A DNA stretch of 64,000 nucleotides from an uncultured Rhodospirillaceae bacterium (GCA_900550445.1 URSF01000005.1:16601-80600), one strand, 5' to 3'. Positions 1 through 10,958 are shown, counted from the first letter of the stretch. The notes: generated by a model from the sequence alone, not told the origin. Numbers and translations: made by a program.

Positions 1-1
1 C

Positions 2-496
2 GTGCGGATAGGTTATGTTCCCGGACAGACTGTATTCAAAATAAATTCCGACAGCGTCGTCTGCAACGGAAATGACAGTCCCGGCTGTACGGTTTTTGCC
101 GTTTCGTTTTCGGCGGCGGCTGACTGCGAAACTTCCGTTATTACTTTAAACGTTGCGGAAACGCAGCCTATGACGATCTCGATTTCTTCCGCGTATCAAA
201 AGGGCTCATGCTTTTTTGATCAAATTCTGAAACACGAATTGTTACATGAGGCCGTTTTCAGAAAAGTATTGGATTCTTTTATCGAAAAAACGGCTCAGGA
301 TTTAATTCTGGCCTATGAAACCGGGCAGAATACGTCAAAAAGCTGTAAAGAAATTCAAAAACGAATTTCCGAAACGGCTCTGGCAGCCGATCAGTCGTTT
401 GTTAAAATCGTTCGGGAAGAAAATGCAAAATTAGATTCCGAACAGGGCGGCCATATATATCATATGGACGTTTGCGAACGGGAACAAAATGAATAA
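2..496 (+). CDS. Secreted HExxH-motif protein, C-terminal part (5' end cut by the window edge). Paralogous to the module in the next ORF.
   Basis: Contains 'FFDQILKHELLHEAV' (HExxH). It aligns by eye with 'EFDHILKHELTHIAL' of ORF 489..2030. Its stop overlaps the next start (ATGAATAA). Confidence 0.55.
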   Translation: MRIGYVPGQTVFKINSDSVVCNGNDSPGCTVFAVSFSAAADCETSVITLNVAETQPMTISISSAYQKGSCFFDQILKHELLHEAVFRKVLDSFIEKTAQDLILAYETGQNTSKSCKEIQKRISETALAADQSFVKIVREENAKLDSEQGGHIYHMDVCEREQNE

Positions 497-2030
497 ATAT
501 GTTTCGGCTTTATTTCTTGTTTTGTGCTGTCTGCCGTGCGCGCCGGCCTTCGCCCGGCCTGAAGTGACGGTTATTCCGGTGAATACGCGGGTTGATTTTG
601 AAACGTCCGAATCCGTGACGGACTGCGGCCCGCAGGCGGCGGGGTGCACTGTTCCCGTATCCTGTGTTCCCAGTATCAGGATAGACTGCGAAGCCGGGCA
701 TATCGTTCTGGATTTCAGCAAATTTGAATTTCTGGTTCAGATTATCAATCAGTACAAAAAAGGAACGCCGGAATTTGATCATATCTTAAAGCATGAATTA
801 ACGCATATCGCTTTGCGCAAAGGCGTTACGGAAAAATTTTATCAGCCGATTGCTTCGGCAGTTTTGCTGCGTTTTGAAAAATCACTGGCGGAAAAAAAAC
901 ACTGTTTTCAGGTACAGTCAGATGTATACGATGTTTTTTACGATTATGTTTCCCGCATGATAGAAGAAGCGGATAAGCAGGACAATCTGATCGACGGTGA
1001 AGAAAATTATGCCTATCAATGGAAGCAGGTTGCGCAAAACAGGTTGAAAAATCATGCGGCGCCAAAACGATCCGCTCCGAAGGAAAAAGCGGCGGCCAAA
1101 GCTAAAGTCAGCCTGACAATGCTGGAAACAAAACGCAATTATAATATAACCGCGCCTGAAAATATTGCCGTTGACAGGTCGGGCAGGCCGTCCGCGGACG
1201 GGCAGGGAATTTTAAAAAATCTGGTGACGGGGGCTTCGCTGGAAGTTGACCGGGCGGCGGCGTTCGTTGATTGTCAGACCGGTAGGATCCGTTTGGAGCT
1301 GGGATATTCCGCAACGATTACTTTTAACGAAAAGCGCGGGACGTTTTTGTATGATTATTTGATGGACAGTTTATCCCGCCGGATTGCCGTGTTGGAGCGG
1401 CACGGTAAAAATGCGGCACCAAAAATCAAAGAAGACGCGGCTAAAGTATATGAGCGTCTGGCTGCCCGCAATGTTGCTTGTGAGGATATCCGTGCCCGGC
1501 TGAATAAAAGAATGATTGCTTACCGCCAAAAAGTATCCGAAGAAATAAGCCGACAGAACAGTGCTTTGGGCGACGCCGTTCCGTTATGGCGGCAATATTT
1601 TGAAAAAGACGCTAAAGCTTATGCCGATGCGCGACGTTTTTCTGTCCGGCCGCAAAAGGAAAAGTCCGATGTTTCTCAGAGGATTTCTTTAAATGAAAAT
1701 GCGCTGTCCGTTCTGAAAAATCCGCCGGAAAGAAAGCGTCCTCAAACCGCGGAATCTGAAAAAATAAAACAGCCTTCCGTACCTCAAAACAAAATCGAAA
1801 CGGCGGAAAATCATTCTGTCCCTACGGATAAAAAAATCGTTATGGGCGCGCAGGACAGGTATTATATTTCGATGATCAGATTTTTCTTTATCCGGGTAGC
1901 AGAAGAATTCAAGTTAAAGGAAAAATTTGATAACCTTTTGAAAAATATAAAAAATAGATATAATCAGCTGTTTTCCGAAAACAACGGTTCAATGCCCGCG
2001 GACACAAAAGCGGACGAAAATTCAAAATGA
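489..2030 (+). CDS. Secreted protein built from two tandem copies of the same ~170-aa module. The first copy has an intact HELTH and the second is degenerate. A Lys/Pro-rich tail follows.
   Basis: Signal peptide 'MNKYVSALFLVLCCLPCAPAFARP'. Module 1 is '...AAGCTVP...KKGTPEFDHILKHELTHIAL'. Module 2 is '...FVDCQTGRIRLEL...EKRGTFLYDYLMDSLSRRIAVL' and lacks the His residues. Confidence 0.6.
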   Translation: MNKYVSALFLVLCCLPCAPAFARPEVTVIPVNTRVDFETSESVTDCGPQAAGCTVPVSCVPSIRIDCEAGHIVLDFSKFEFLVQIINQYKKGTPEFDHILKHELTHIALRKGVTEKFYQPIASAVLLRFEKSLAEKKHCFQVQSDVYDVFYDYVSRMIEEADKQDNLIDGEENYAYQWKQVAQNRLKNHAAPKRSAPKEKAAAKAKVSLTMLETKRNYNITAPENIAVDRSGRPSADGQGILKNLVTGASLEVDRAAAFVDCQTGRIRLELGYSATITFNEKRGTFLYDYLMDSLSRRIAVLERHGKNAAPKIKEDAAKVYERLAARNVACEDIRARLNKRMIAYRQKVSEEISRQNSALGDAVPLWRQYFEKDAKAYADARRFSVRPQKEKSDVSQRISLNENALSVLKNPPERKRPQTAESEKIKQPSVPQNKIETAENHSVPTDKKIVMGAQDRYYISMIRFFFIRVAEEFKLKEKFDNLLKNIKNRYNQLFSENNGSMPADTKADENSK

Positions 2031-2090
2031 AATAGCTTTTTGATTTGGTTTTGTTATAATGCCTTGCAAATTTTTTATGTGCAGGTGTTT

Positions 2091-3269
2091 ATGGTGTTAG
2101 CCCCTTACGCAACGCTGGCCGAAAAAACGCGCGGCAGGCTTTATCCCGAAAAAGAAGCCCCCTACCGGACGTGTTTTCAACGCGACAGGGACAGAATTAT
2201 TCATTCAGAGGCTTTCCGCCGTCTGGAATCAAAAACGCAGGTGTTCGTCTATCATGAAGGAACCAGCTTGCGCACCCGTTTGACTCATTCGCTGGAAGTA
2301 TCGCAGATTACCCGTTCTCTGTGCCGTATGCTGGGATTAAACCGGGATCTGGGGGAAGCGCTGGCTTTGGCGCATGATCTGGGGCATACGCCGTTCGGGC
2401 ATGCCGGCGAAATGGCTTTGAACGAATGTATGCAGGATTACGGTGGTTTTGATCACAACGCTCATTCTTTAAAAATTGTGACAAAGCTGGAACAGAAGTA
2501 TCCGCGTTTTGACGGGATTAACTTGTCATGGGAAACGTTGGAAGGGCTGGTAAAGCATAACGGGCCTTTGGTCGGGGCGGGGAAAAAGCCTCTGCCGTTG
2601 GAAATCGCGGAATATAATGCCGTGCAGGATCTGGAACTGGACGGTTTTCCGGGGGCCGAAGCGCAGATCGCTTCTTTGGCCGATGATATCGCTTATTCCA
2701 ACCACGATACGGACGACGGGTTGAAAACGGGGCTGATTTCAGTGGAAGAAATGTCGCAGGTCGACTTTTTCAAACGGCATTATGATCAGGTGAAAAAAGA
2801 ATATCCGACAGTGGAACATTCCAGAATTGTTGCCGAAACGGTGCGCCGCATGATTAACGACATGATTTTGGACGTTGCCGACACGTCGCGCAGGAATTTG
2901 CAGGAATTGCAGCCGCAGAGCGTTGAAGATATCCGTTCCTGCGGACGCGGCGTCATTGATTTTTCGGAAAATATGAAAGCGCAAATGCAAAGTCTGAAGG
3001 GTTTTTTGTTTCCGAACATGTACCGCCATTATAAAATCAACCGCATGACCAGCAAGGGGAAAAGAATTATCAAAGATTTGTTTTCTTTGCTGTTTGCCGA
3101 AAACAACATTTTACCGCCGCAGTGGCAGTCAAAAGCCCGCCTCTGCCCGCAGAACGCGGACGGGCAGAAACAAAAAGCCCGCCTGATCGCGGACTTTGTC
3201 GCCGGGCTGACGGACGCTTCCGCCATTGAACTGCATACGCGGCTTTTTGATCCGCAGGTGAGACTTTAA
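2091..3269 (+). CDS. dgt: dGTP/dNTP triphosphohydrolase-like HD-domain protein
   Basis: HD motifs '[13 protein letters not shown]' and '[13 protein letters not shown]'. The ATG at 2091 is preferred over the TTG at 2040 given in the ORF track. Confidence 0.85.
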   Translation: MVLAPYATLAEKTRGRLYPEKEAPYRTCFQRDRDRIIHSEAFRRLESKTQVFVYHEGTSLRTRLTHSLEVSQITRSLCRMLGLNRDLGEALALAHDLGHTPFGHAGEMALNECMQDYGGFDHNAHSLKIVTKLEQKYPRFDGINLSWETLEGLVKHNGPLVGAGKKPLPLEIAEYNAVQDLELDGFPGAEAQIASLADDIAYSNHDTDDGLKTGLISVEEMSQVDFFKRHYDQVKKEYPTVEHSRIVAETVRRMINDMILDVADTSRRNLQELQPQSVEDIRSCGRGVIDFSENMKAQMQSLKGFLFPNMYRHYKINRMTSKGKRIIKDLFSLLFAENNILPPQWQSKARLCPQNADGQKQKARLIADFVAGLTDASAIELHTRLFDPQVRL

Positions 3270-3270
3270 T

Positions 3271-5022
3271 ATGAATATTTTTACACAAATCAGAAACAAT
3301 ATTATCGAAACGCTGGAAGTATTGGAAAAATCAGGAAAAATCCCGTCCGGTTTAAATACGTCGCGGCTGGTTGCCGAACCGCCCAGAGATGCGGCGCACG
3401 GCGATGCGGCGACGAACGCGGCGATGATTCTGGCCGGGCAGGCCGGTATGAAGCCGCGCGAATTTGCTGAAATTCTGGCGGCAGAATTAAAAAATTTGCC
3501 GATCGTCGATCAGGTGGAAATCGCCGGACCGGGCTTTGTCAACCTGCGTTTGTCAAAGGCGTTCTGGGAAGGTTGTTTAAAGGATATTCTTGAAAAAGGA
3601 AATTCTTTCGGCGTTTCGGATATGGGAAAAGGGCAAAAGAAGAACGTCGAATTTGTTTCCGCCAATCCGACGGGGCCCATGCATATCGGACACAGCCGCG
3701 GGGCTGTTTTCGGCGACGCGCTGGCTTCTTTGCTGGAAAAGGCGGGATATGAAGTCACTCGTGAATATTATATTAACGACGCAGGCGCGCAGGTCGACGT
3801 GCTGGCCCGGTCCGTTTATCTGCGTTACCGGGAAGCTTTGGGCGAAGATATCGGAAAAATTCCTGAAGGGCTTTATCCCGGCGAATATCTGATTCCCGTC
3901 GGCAAAGAGCTGGCCGAAAAAGACGGCGAAAAATGGCTGAATAAGCCCGAAGAAGAATGGTTGGCTTATTTCCGCGGCTTTGCCATCAATAAAATGATGG
4001 ATATGATTCGCAGTGATTTGGCGGCTTTGGGAATTACGTTTGACGTGTTTTCATCGGAACGCGCTCTGGTCGAATCAGGAAAAGTCGAAGAAGTGATCGA
4101 ATTTCTGCGCGAAAAAGGGTTGATTTATGAAGGCGTTCTGGAACCGCCGAAAGGCAAACTGCCCGACGACTGGGAACCCAGACCGCAGACTTTGTTCAAA
4201 GCGACGCTGTTCGGCGACGACGTTGACCGCGCTTTGAAAAAATCGAACGGCTTCCAAACATATTTTGCGTCCGACATGGCGTATCATCTGGATAAATACC
4301 GGCGCGGTTTTGACGATATGATTGACGTCTGGGGTGCGGATCACGCGGGATATGTCAAGCGTATGATGGCCGCGGTCAAAGCTTTGACCGACGGAAAGGC
4401 AAAGCTGGACGTTAAACTGTGCCAGATGGTGAATCTGATGTGCAACGGCGAACCGATGAAAATGTCCAAACGGGCGGGGCGGTTCGTTACTTTGCGCGAT
4501 ATGGTGGACGCTGTGGGCAAAGACGTTATGCGTTTTATTATGCTGACGCGTAAAAACGACGCGCATTTGGATTTTGATGTCGAAAAAGTCAAAGAACAAT
4601 CCAAAGACAACCCTGTTTTTTATGTTAATTACGCCTTTGCCCGCGCCTGTTCCGTTCGGCGCAGAGCCGGAGAGATGTTCCCCGAAAAGGATTTGAGCCT
4701 GCCGGCTTTGGCAAAAGCTGATTTTTCTTTGTTGACAGACGAAGCGGAAATCGCTTTAATCCGCCAGTTGGCAGAATTTCCGCGTCAGATTGAAATTGCC
4801 GCGGCTGCGCACGAACCGCATCGGATTGCTTATTATCTGAACGATACGGCCGCGGCGTTCCACGGTTTGTGGAACAAAGGACGGGACAATACGGAACTGC
4901 GTTTCCTGGAACAGGAAAAACCGGAACTGTCTTTGGCTCGTCTGGCGCTGGTTGAAGCCGCCGCAACAGTCATTCGGTCGGGGCTGGACGTTTTCGGCGT
5001 CATTCCCGCAGAGGAGATGTAA
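3271..5022 (+). CDS. argS: Arginyl-tRNA synthetase
   Basis: Class I signature '[14 protein letters not shown]' and a KMSK-like 'MKMSKRAG'. Length is 583 aa. Confidence 0.97.
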   Translation: MNIFTQIRNNIIETLEVLEKSGKIPSGLNTSRLVAEPPRDAAHGDAATNAAMILAGQAGMKPREFAEILAAELKNLPIVDQVEIAGPGFVNLRLSKAFWEGCLKDILEKGNSFGVSDMGKGQKKNVEFVSANPTGPMHIGHSRGAVFGDALASLLEKAGYEVTREYYINDAGAQVDVLARSVYLRYREALGEDIGKIPEGLYPGEYLIPVGKELAEKDGEKWLNKPEEEWLAYFRGFAINKMMDMIRSDLAALGITFDVFSSERALVESGKVEEVIEFLREKGLIYEGVLEPPKGKLPDDWEPRPQTLFKATLFGDDVDRALKKSNGFQTYFASDMAYHLDKYRRGFDDMIDVWGADHAGYVKRMMAAVKALTDGKAKLDVKLCQMVNLMCNGEPMKMSKRAGRFVTLRDMVDAVGKDVMRFIMLTRKNDAHLDFDVEKVKEQSKDNPVFYVNYAFARACSVRRRAGEMFPEKDLSLPALAKADFSLLTDEAEIALIRQLAEFPRQIEIAAAAHEPHRIAYYLNDTAAAFHGLWNKGRDNTELRFLEQEKPELSLARLALVEAAATVIRSGLDVFGVIPAEEM

Positions 5023-5025
5023 GTC

Positions 5026-5883
5026 ATGCAAACGCAGGACACGGATACGTCGCAAGAGGATATCCTTTCTTCCTTTCGGGAAGAACGTCTGGAACAGCGT
5101 AAAAAAAAGCCGGCGATTTTAATCGGCGTATCAATCGGTATTGTCGTTGCCGTCAGTGTCGGGTGGCTGACTTTCGGCAAGTATGTTTCCGTTTATTACG
5201 GGGCTGATAACGGCGAACTGCCTGTTATCCGGGCCGATTCTTCGGCTGACGGCATGAAACCGGAAACTCCGGGCGGTATGGAAGTCCCCAATCGGGACAA
5301 GCTGGTTTATGAACGCCTGCGTCAAAGCAATGCGGAGTTGCCGGTTGAACGGCTATTGCCGGCGGCGGAAAAACCCGTTCGGCCTTCTGTCCAGCCAGAC
5401 GATGAAAAGCGGCAGGCTGACCCGATCGGTGATCTGGCGGCGGATATCATCGCTCAGGATACCATGCCCGCCGCGGCCGTGATTTACGAAGAAGACGGCA
5501 CACCTGTCGAAGTGATGTTCAGGGAAACGGAACCGGCGGCTGTTCCCGCGGAGCAGAAATCAGCAGAACGGCCGGTTGAACAGGCTGTGGCAAAACCCGC
5601 TGAAAAAACACCGGTGCCGGCCGTCGGGAAAAAAGATGAGCATTTTTACACGGTACAGCTGGTTTCCACGCGTTCGGACAGCGCGGCTGAAAGCGAATGG
5701 AAACGATTATCTAAAAAATTTAAGGAAATTATTGCCGACCAACCCCATTTTATATCAAAGACGGTCGTGGCAAGCGGTACTTTTTACCGTTTGCGTGTCG
5801 GGCGGTTTAAAAAGCATGAAGAGGCAAAGGCTTTGTGCGATCAATTGAAAGTGAAAAAACAGGAGTGTTTCGTTGTCAAATGA
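5026..5883 (+). CDS. SPOR-domain membrane-anchored protein
   Basis: One TM segment ('AILIGVSIGIVVAVSVGWLTF'), a Pro/Glu-rich linker and a C-terminal SPOR-like 'FYTVQLVSTRSDSAAESEW...YRLRVGRFKKHEEAKALC'. It lies between argS and nagZ. Confidence 0.8.
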   Translation: MQTQDTDTSQEDILSSFREERLEQRKKKPAILIGVSIGIVVAVSVGWLTFGKYVSVYYGADNGELPVIRADSSADGMKPETPGGMEVPNRDKLVYERLRQSNAELPVERLLPAAEKPVRPSVQPDDEKRQADPIGDLAADIIAQDTMPAAAVIYEEDGTPVEVMFRETEPAAVPAEQKSAERPVEQAVAKPAEKTPVPAVGKKDEHFYTVQLVSTRSDSAAESEWKRLSKKFKEIIADQPHFISKTVVASGTFYRLRVGRFKKHEEAKALCDQLKVKKQECFVVK

Positions 5884-6904
5884 ATATCCATCAGCCGTAA
5901 TTTTCGGCTGTTCAGGTTTGGCTCTGACCGATGAAGAAAAAGAGTTTTTTGAACGGGTCAATCCGCTGGGATTTATTTTGTTTTCACGAAATATCGCGAC
6001 GCCGGAACAGTTAAAAACGCTGGTACAGTCGCTGCGTGAAACGGTTGACCGTGACGATGCGCCGATTTTGATTGACCAGGAAGGCGGCCGCGTATCCCGG
6101 CTGAAATCGACATACTGGCAAAAATATCCGCCTGTACAGATTTTCGGCGATATGTATGAAAAAGGGGCTCTGGCCGCTTTAAAGGCTGCGCACGGCACCT
6201 CTCGGCTGATGGGGCGCGATTTGCGCGAAATCGGTATTAATGTTGATTGCGCGCCCGTTTTGGACGTTCCCGTCGAAGGATCAAACGATAAAATTCTGGG
6301 CGACAGAACATTTGCGCGCAACCCGCATACGGTCGGGGCGCTGGGGGCCGCTATTTGTGAAGGATTGCTGGAAGAAGGCGTTCTGCCCGTTGTCAAGCAT
6401 ATGCCCGGACACGGCCGCGCCCGTGTGGACAGTCATTTTGAACTGCCGGAAGTCGACGCGGATTTGGAAACGTTGAAAAAAACGGACTTTATGCCGTTTA
6501 AATATCTGGCTTCCGCTCCGTGGGGCATGACGGCTCATGTGCTGTATACGGCGATTGACGCACACAAACCGGCGTCGCTGTCGGAAAAAATCATTCAGGA
6601 TATTATCCGCGATGAAATCGGGTTTAAAGGGTTTTTGATTTGCGATGATTTGTCCATGAAGGCTTTATCGGGAACGCTGTCGGATTTGACGACCGAAGCG
6701 TTGGCGGCCGGGTGTGACGCCGTGCTGCACTGCAACGGGGATATGGACGAAATGGATATGATCGCGTCGGCTGTTGAACCGTTGTCCGCCCGGGCGATGG
6801 AACGCTTTGTCCGCGGGCAGGAAATGCGGAAAAGAGCTGTCGAGCATGCGCCGGCTTTTGATTACGAAGCGACCAGATCCTGGCTGTTGGAAAAAACGGC
6901 CTGA
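5873..6904 (+). CDS. nagZ: Beta-N-acetylhexosaminidase (GH3)
   Basis: 'ILIDQEGGRVSRL' and 'KHMPGHGRARVDSH'. A TTG start overlaps the SPOR gene stop. Confidence 0.9.
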   Translation: MSNEYPSAVIFGCSGLALTDEEKEFFERVNPLGFILFSRNIATPEQLKTLVQSLRETVDRDDAPILIDQEGGRVSRLKSTYWQKYPPVQIFGDMYEKGALAALKAAHGTSRLMGRDLREIGINVDCAPVLDVPVEGSNDKILGDRTFARNPHTVGALGAAICEGLLEEGVLPVVKHMPGHGRARVDSHFELPEVDADLETLKKTDFMPFKYLASAPWGMTAHVLYTAIDAHKPASLSEKIIQDIIRDEIGFKGFLICDDLSMKALSGTLSDLTTEALAAGCDAVLHCNGDMDEMDMIASAVEPLSARAMERFVRGQEMRKRAVEHAPAFDYEATRSWLLEKTA

Positions 6905-6909
6905 CCCGT

Positions 6910-7803
6910 ATGAGCGCGTTTGATACGGTTTTGTCCTGCCTGGAATGGGGAATCCCCGTTGTTTTGGCAATCGTACTGCATGAAATAGCTCATGGGTGTG
7001 CGGCATTTTATTTCGGCGATACGACGGCGCGGGACAGCGGGCGGCTGTCTTTAAACCCTTTGCGTCATGTTGATCCCGTCGGGACGGTGATCTTTCCGCT
7101 GGTGTTGATTTTATCCCGGACGCCGTTTGTGTTCGGGTGGGCTAAACCGGTGCCCGTAGATTTCAGACGCCTGAAAAATCCGAAAAAAGATATGGTATGG
7201 GTCGCTTTGGCCGGACCGGCGATGAATTTCTTTCTGGCCTTTGCGGCTTTTGCCGTATTGAGTGTGTGTAAAAATGTTTTTCAGGTTGTTTTGTCCGAAA
7301 GCCTTTTAAATGTTTTGTTAAATACGATTGTCTTTAATTTTTCCGTTATGGTGTTTAACCTGATTCCCGTTTTGCCGATGGACGGCGGCAGAATTATTAC
7401 GGGACTGCTGCCGTTTCCGTGGGCTGTCCGGTTCGCAAAAACAGAAAAATACGGTTTTGGCATTATTGCTTTGTTATTGATTTTTTTGCCTGTTTTGGGC
7501 AATTATATAGGGCGTGATTTTGATTTTATTTCACGTTTTCTGGCTTTTGCCGTTCAAAAAATGTTTGTTTTCTTTGCCGGATTTTTCGGCTTGACGCAAG
7601 GAGAAGAGATCATGAGCATCGGTTTTTTCCAGCTGCTGGTTATTTTGTTGATTATTTTGGTTTTGTTCGGCCGCGGCAAGCTGCCGGCTTTGGCCGAAGA
7701 TCTGGGAAAGAGTGTCAGTTCTTTTAAAAAAGGATTAAGCGAAGACAAAGCAAAAGATCCTGAAGAAAAACAAGACGACACAGATCCGTCAAAGGACGCG
7801 TAA
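6910..7803 (+). CDS. Site-2-protease family (M50) membrane metallopeptidase. The ORF has no stop and runs in frame into tatA.
   Basis: 'LHEIAHG' (HExxH) near the N-terminus, multiple TM segments and 'NLIPVLPMDGGR' (M50 second motif). There is no stop codon before 7801-7803. Confidence 0.75.
   Translation: MSAFDTVLSCLEWGIPVVLAIVLHEIAHGCAAFYFGDTTARDSGRLSLNPLRHVDPVGTVIFPLVLILSRTPFVFGWAKPVPVDFRRLKNPKKDMVWVALAGPAMNFFLAFAAFAVLSVCKNVFQVVLSESLLNVLLNTIVFNFSVMVFNLIPVLPMDGGRIITGLLPFPWAVRFAKTEKYGFGIIALLLIFLPVLGNYIGRDFDFISRFLAFAVQKMFVFFAGFFGLTQGEEIMSIGFFQLLVILLIILVLFGRGKLPALAEDLGKSVSSFKKGLSEDKAKDPEEKQDDTDPSKDA
7612..7803 (+). CDS. tatA: Twin-arginine translocase subunit TatA, nested in frame in the 3' end of the M50 ORF
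   Basis: 'MSIGFFQLLVILLIILVLFGRGKLPALAEDLGKSVSSFKKG'. An RBS (AAGGAGAAGAG) ends 4 nt upstream of the ATG at 7612. Confidence 0.85.
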   Translation: MSIGFFQLLVILLIILVLFGRGKLPALAEDLGKSVSSFKKGLSEDKAKDPEEKQDDTDPSKDA

Positions 7804-7806
7804 CCC

Positions 7807-8070
7807 GTGTTCGGAATCAGTTCGGCAGAATTTGCGGTTATTTTGGTCATTGCTTTGCTGGTTGTCGGCCCGAAGCAGCTGCCGGAGGTTCTGCGGACGT
7901 TCGGGCGGGTTTACCGAAAGTTAAACCACTTTGTCAGAAAAGCGTCGCAAGTCGTTGACGATATTATGTATGACGCCGATAAAATTGCCGAAAAAACGGA
8001 AAAGGCCCTGATGCGGGATCAGCACGCTCCGGCGGCAGAAAAAAAGGATAAGACGGCTGATGACAAGTGA
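7807..8070 (+). CDS. tatB: Twin-arginine translocase subunit TatB
   Basis: GTG start. 'MFGISSAEFAVILVIALLVVGPKQLPEVLRTFGR'. Confidence 0.85.
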   Translation: MFGISSAEFAVILVIALLVVGPKQLPEVLRTFGRVYRKLNHFVRKASQVVDDIMYDADKIAEKTEKALMRDQHAPAAEKKDKTADDK

Positions 8071-8872
8071 TCTTTTACCGCCGGATTTATCCGGTGATGA
8101 AACGGAAAATACGCAAAACGTCATGACGTGGACGGGGCATTTGTCCGAACTGCGCGCCCGTTTGTTAAAGACGCTGTTGTTTTTTACGCTGGCTTTTCTT
8201 GCGCTGTATCCTTTTGCCGGACAAATTCTTGATTTACTGATGTTTCCTTTGGCGCAGGCCATGGAAAAAACGGGCGGTTCCCAGCGCGTTATTTTTACGG
8301 GGCTGGCGGAAGGATTTATTACGCATTTGAAACTGGCGGCTTTCGGCGCCGCCGTGTTGAGTTTTCCGTTCGCGGCGTTTCAAATCTGGCGTTTTATCAT
8401 GCCCGGACTGTATCAAAATGAAAGAAATTTTATCCGTCCGGTCTTTATTGCTTCTCCGGTTTTATTTGTTTGCGGCGGGCTGTTTGTTTTTTTTGTTTTA
8501 ACGCCGATAGCGTTTAAATTTCTGCTGTCTTTTCAGCAGCTGAGCGCGCCTGAAAACGCTTTGCCGGTCGTGTTGGAAGCAAGGCTGAGCGAATACTTGT
8601 CTTTTTTGATGAGTCTGATTTTGGCTTTCGGCGTCAGTTTTCAGCTGCCGGTCGTTTTGGTTGTTCTGGGGCGCCTGGGGATTATCAGCGCCCAAAACCT
8701 GAGGGATTTCCGCCGTTATGCGATTGTTTTTATTTTCGTCGCCGCCGCCGTTTTGACGCCGCCGGATATCGTCAGCCAGTTTGCTTTGGCTTTGCCTTTG
8801 CTTGTTTTGTATGAAAGCGCCGTTTGGTATATTCAATCCCTTGAAAAGAAAACGGATCGGGACTATAAGTAA
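8060..8872 (+). CDS. tatC: Twin-arginine translocase subunit TatC
   Basis: '[11 protein letters not shown]', six predicted TM segments and 'TPPDIVSQ'. Confidence 0.95.
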   Translation: MTSDLLPPDLSGDETENTQNVMTWTGHLSELRARLLKTLLFFTLAFLALYPFAGQILDLLMFPLAQAMEKTGGSQRVIFTGLAEGFITHLKLAAFGAAVLSFPFAAFQIWRFIMPGLYQNERNFIRPVFIASPVLFVCGGLFVFFVLTPIAFKFLLSFQQLSAPENALPVVLEARLSEYLSFLMSLILAFGVSFQLPVVLVVLGRLGIISAQNLRDFRRYAIVFIFVAAAVLTPPDIVSQFALALPLLVLYESAVWYIQSLEKKTDRDYK

Positions 8873-8898
8873 TTAAATTTTTTTCTTTAGGAGTCATC

Positions 8899-10176
8899 AT
8901 GTACGACATTAAATGGATCAGGGAAAATCCCGAATTATTTGACAAAGGGCTGGAACGCCGCGGAATTCAGCCGCGTTCGGCCGAAATACTGGAATTGGAT
9001 AAAAAATACCGCGCGGCGCAAACGGATCTGCAGGAAATGCAGTCCCGCCGCAATGATTTATCCCGTCAGGTCGCCGAAGTGAAAAAATCGGGCGGCGACG
9101 CTGACGTCCTGATGCATGAAGTCGGCGCTTTGAAACGCAGCATGGCCGACGCCGAAGAAGACGTCCGGTCTTTGTGCGAACAGATTGACGCTGTTTTGGA
9201 AACGCTGCCCAACAGGCCGGCTGACGATATTCCGGACGGATTGGACGATACGACAAACCGCGAAATCCGCCGCTGGGGCGAACCGCGCCGGTTTGAATTC
9301 AAGCCGTTGGAACATGATGAAATCGGCGCAAAGCTGGGTATGATGGATTTTGATCAGGCCGCTAAGGTTTCCGGCGCCCGGTTCGTTTACCTGATGGGCG
9401 ATCTGGCGCGTCTGGAACGGGCTTTGGCGCAGTACATGCTTGATCTGCATCGCGAAAAACACGGCTATACCGAAATGGAAGTGCCGCTGATGGTGAACAG
9501 CAGCGCGGTTTACGGAACGGCTCAGCTGCCGAAGTTTGCCGAAGATTTGTATCGCACGACGGACGATTATTGGCTGATCCCGACGGCGGAAGTCAGCTTG
9601 ACAAACTTTGTTGCGGGCAAGTCTTTGGACGAAGAGGCTCTGCCGCTGCGCCTGACGGCTTTAACCCCGTGTTTTCGTTCCGAAGCCGGAGCGGCCGGAA
9701 AAGACACGCGCGGCATGATCCGTCAGCATCAGTTTTACAAAGTCGAAATGGTTTCCATTACGACGCCGGAAAAATCCTGGGAAGAACATGAACACATGAC
9801 GAATTGCGCCGAAGACGTCCTGAAAGGATTAAATCTGCCGTATCGTGTCATGTGCCTGTCCGCGGGCGATATGGGCTTTTCTTCGCGCAAAACGCACGAT
9901 CTGGAAGTTTGGATGCCAGGGCAGAATAAATACCGTGAAATTTCCAGCGTTTCAAACTGTTGGGATTTCCAGGCGCGCCGTATGGACGCCCGCTGTAAAA
10001 CGAAAACGCAGAAAGGAACCCGTTTCGTCCATACGCTGAACGGTTCCGGCGTTGCGGTCGGCCGCGCGATGATCGCCGTTATGGAAAATTATCAGCAGGC
10101 GGACGGTTCTGTCGTTATTCCCGACGCGTTGCAGAAATATATGGGCGGGCAGACGGTTATTTCCGCGAAAAAATAA
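8899..10176 (+). CDS. serS: Seryl-tRNA synthetase
   Basis: RBS AGGAG. Class II motifs 'FRSEAG' and '[18 protein letters not shown]'. Confidence 0.97.
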   Translation: MYDIKWIRENPELFDKGLERRGIQPRSAEILELDKKYRAAQTDLQEMQSRRNDLSRQVAEVKKSGGDADVLMHEVGALKRSMADAEEDVRSLCEQIDAVLETLPNRPADDIPDGLDDTTNREIRRWGEPRRFEFKPLEHDEIGAKLGMMDFDQAAKVSGARFVYLMGDLARLERALAQYMLDLHREKHGYTEMEVPLMVNSSAVYGTAQLPKFAEDLYRTTDDYWLIPTAEVSLTNFVAGKSLDEEALPLRLTALTPCFRSEAGAAGKDTRGMIRQHQFYKVEMVSITTPEKSWEEHEHMTNCAEDVLKGLNLPYRVMCLSAGDMGFSSRKTHDLEVWMPGQNKYREISSVSNCWDFQARRMDARCKTKTQKGTRFVHTLNGSGVAVGRAMIAVMENYQQADGSVVIPDALQKYMGGQTVISAKK

Positions 10177-10187
10177 AGGTTGAAAAA

Positions 10188-10958
10188 TTGACGGGCAGTT
10201 TGGAACAGGCCAGAATCCTGATTAGCAACGACGACGGCATTGATGCGGAAGGGATTCGTATACTGGAACAGGCTGCCCGCCGTTTGTCCGGCGACGTGTG
10301 GGTCGTCGCTCCGGCAGGCGAGCAAAGCGGCAAAGCTCATTCTTTTACGGCGAAAGGGACGTTAAATGCTTTGCGGCGTGACGAACGGCATTTTACCGTT
10401 GACGGTACGCCGACGGATTGCCTGCTGTTTGCCTGCAACGTATTATTCAAAGACCGCAGGCCCGATTTTGTTTTTTCAGGCGTAAATCACGGCGCCAATC
10501 TGGGATTCGACGTCGTTTATTCGGGAACGGCCGGCGCGGCGATAGAAGGAGCTTTACAGGGAATCAAATCTTTTGCTTTCAGCCTGTCCGGCGCCAAACA
10601 CGGTTCTGAATTCTGGCCCGACGTTTTAAAAATGATTCCCGAAATTGTTCAAAAGGCCGCTTTTATTCCGTGGAAGCCGCGTTTGTTTTTAAATGTTAAC
10701 TTTCCTGAATGCGCGGCGGAAGATATCGCCGGGGTTAAAATTACTTCTTTAAGTTCCCGGAAAATCGGCGACGCGGTTGAGATCGCCGAACAAAAGGAAA
10801 ACGGCTGGCGTTTTAATATCGGTTATGCCCGTAACGGTCGGATCGAACCGCAATCCGACACGCAGGCCGTTTCTGACGGCTTTGTTTCCGTAACGCCGGT
10901 TTGTCTGGATATGACGGACAAAACGCAGCTGCCGTATTTCAAAGCTATTTATTCATAG
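10188..10958 (+). CDS. surE: 5'/3'-nucleotidase SurE
   Basis: 'ILISNDDGIDAEGIRIL' and 'GVNHGANLGFDVVYSGTAGAAIEG'. TTG start. Confidence 0.92.
   Translation: MTGSLEQARILISNDDGIDAEGIRILEQAARRLSGDVWVVAPAGEQSGKAHSFTAKGTLNALRRDERHFTVDGTPTDCLLFACNVLFKDRRPDFVFSGVNHGANLGFDVVYSGTAGAAIEGALQGIKSFAFSLSGAKHGSEFWPDVLKMIPEIVQKAAFIPWKPRLFLNVNFPECAAEDIAGVKITSLSSRKIGDAVEIAEQKENGWRFNIGYARNGRIEPQSDTQAVSDGFVSVTPVCLDMTDKTQLPYFKAIYS

Noticed and set aside
10945-10958. Convergent 3'-end overlaps (surE/TPR 14 nt, ADA2-like/ankyrin 8 nt, htpX/UDG 4 nt) as possible antisense regulation.
   Set aside because: Short convergent overlaps are common in compact genomes. Nothing else in the sequence suggests a regulatory role.
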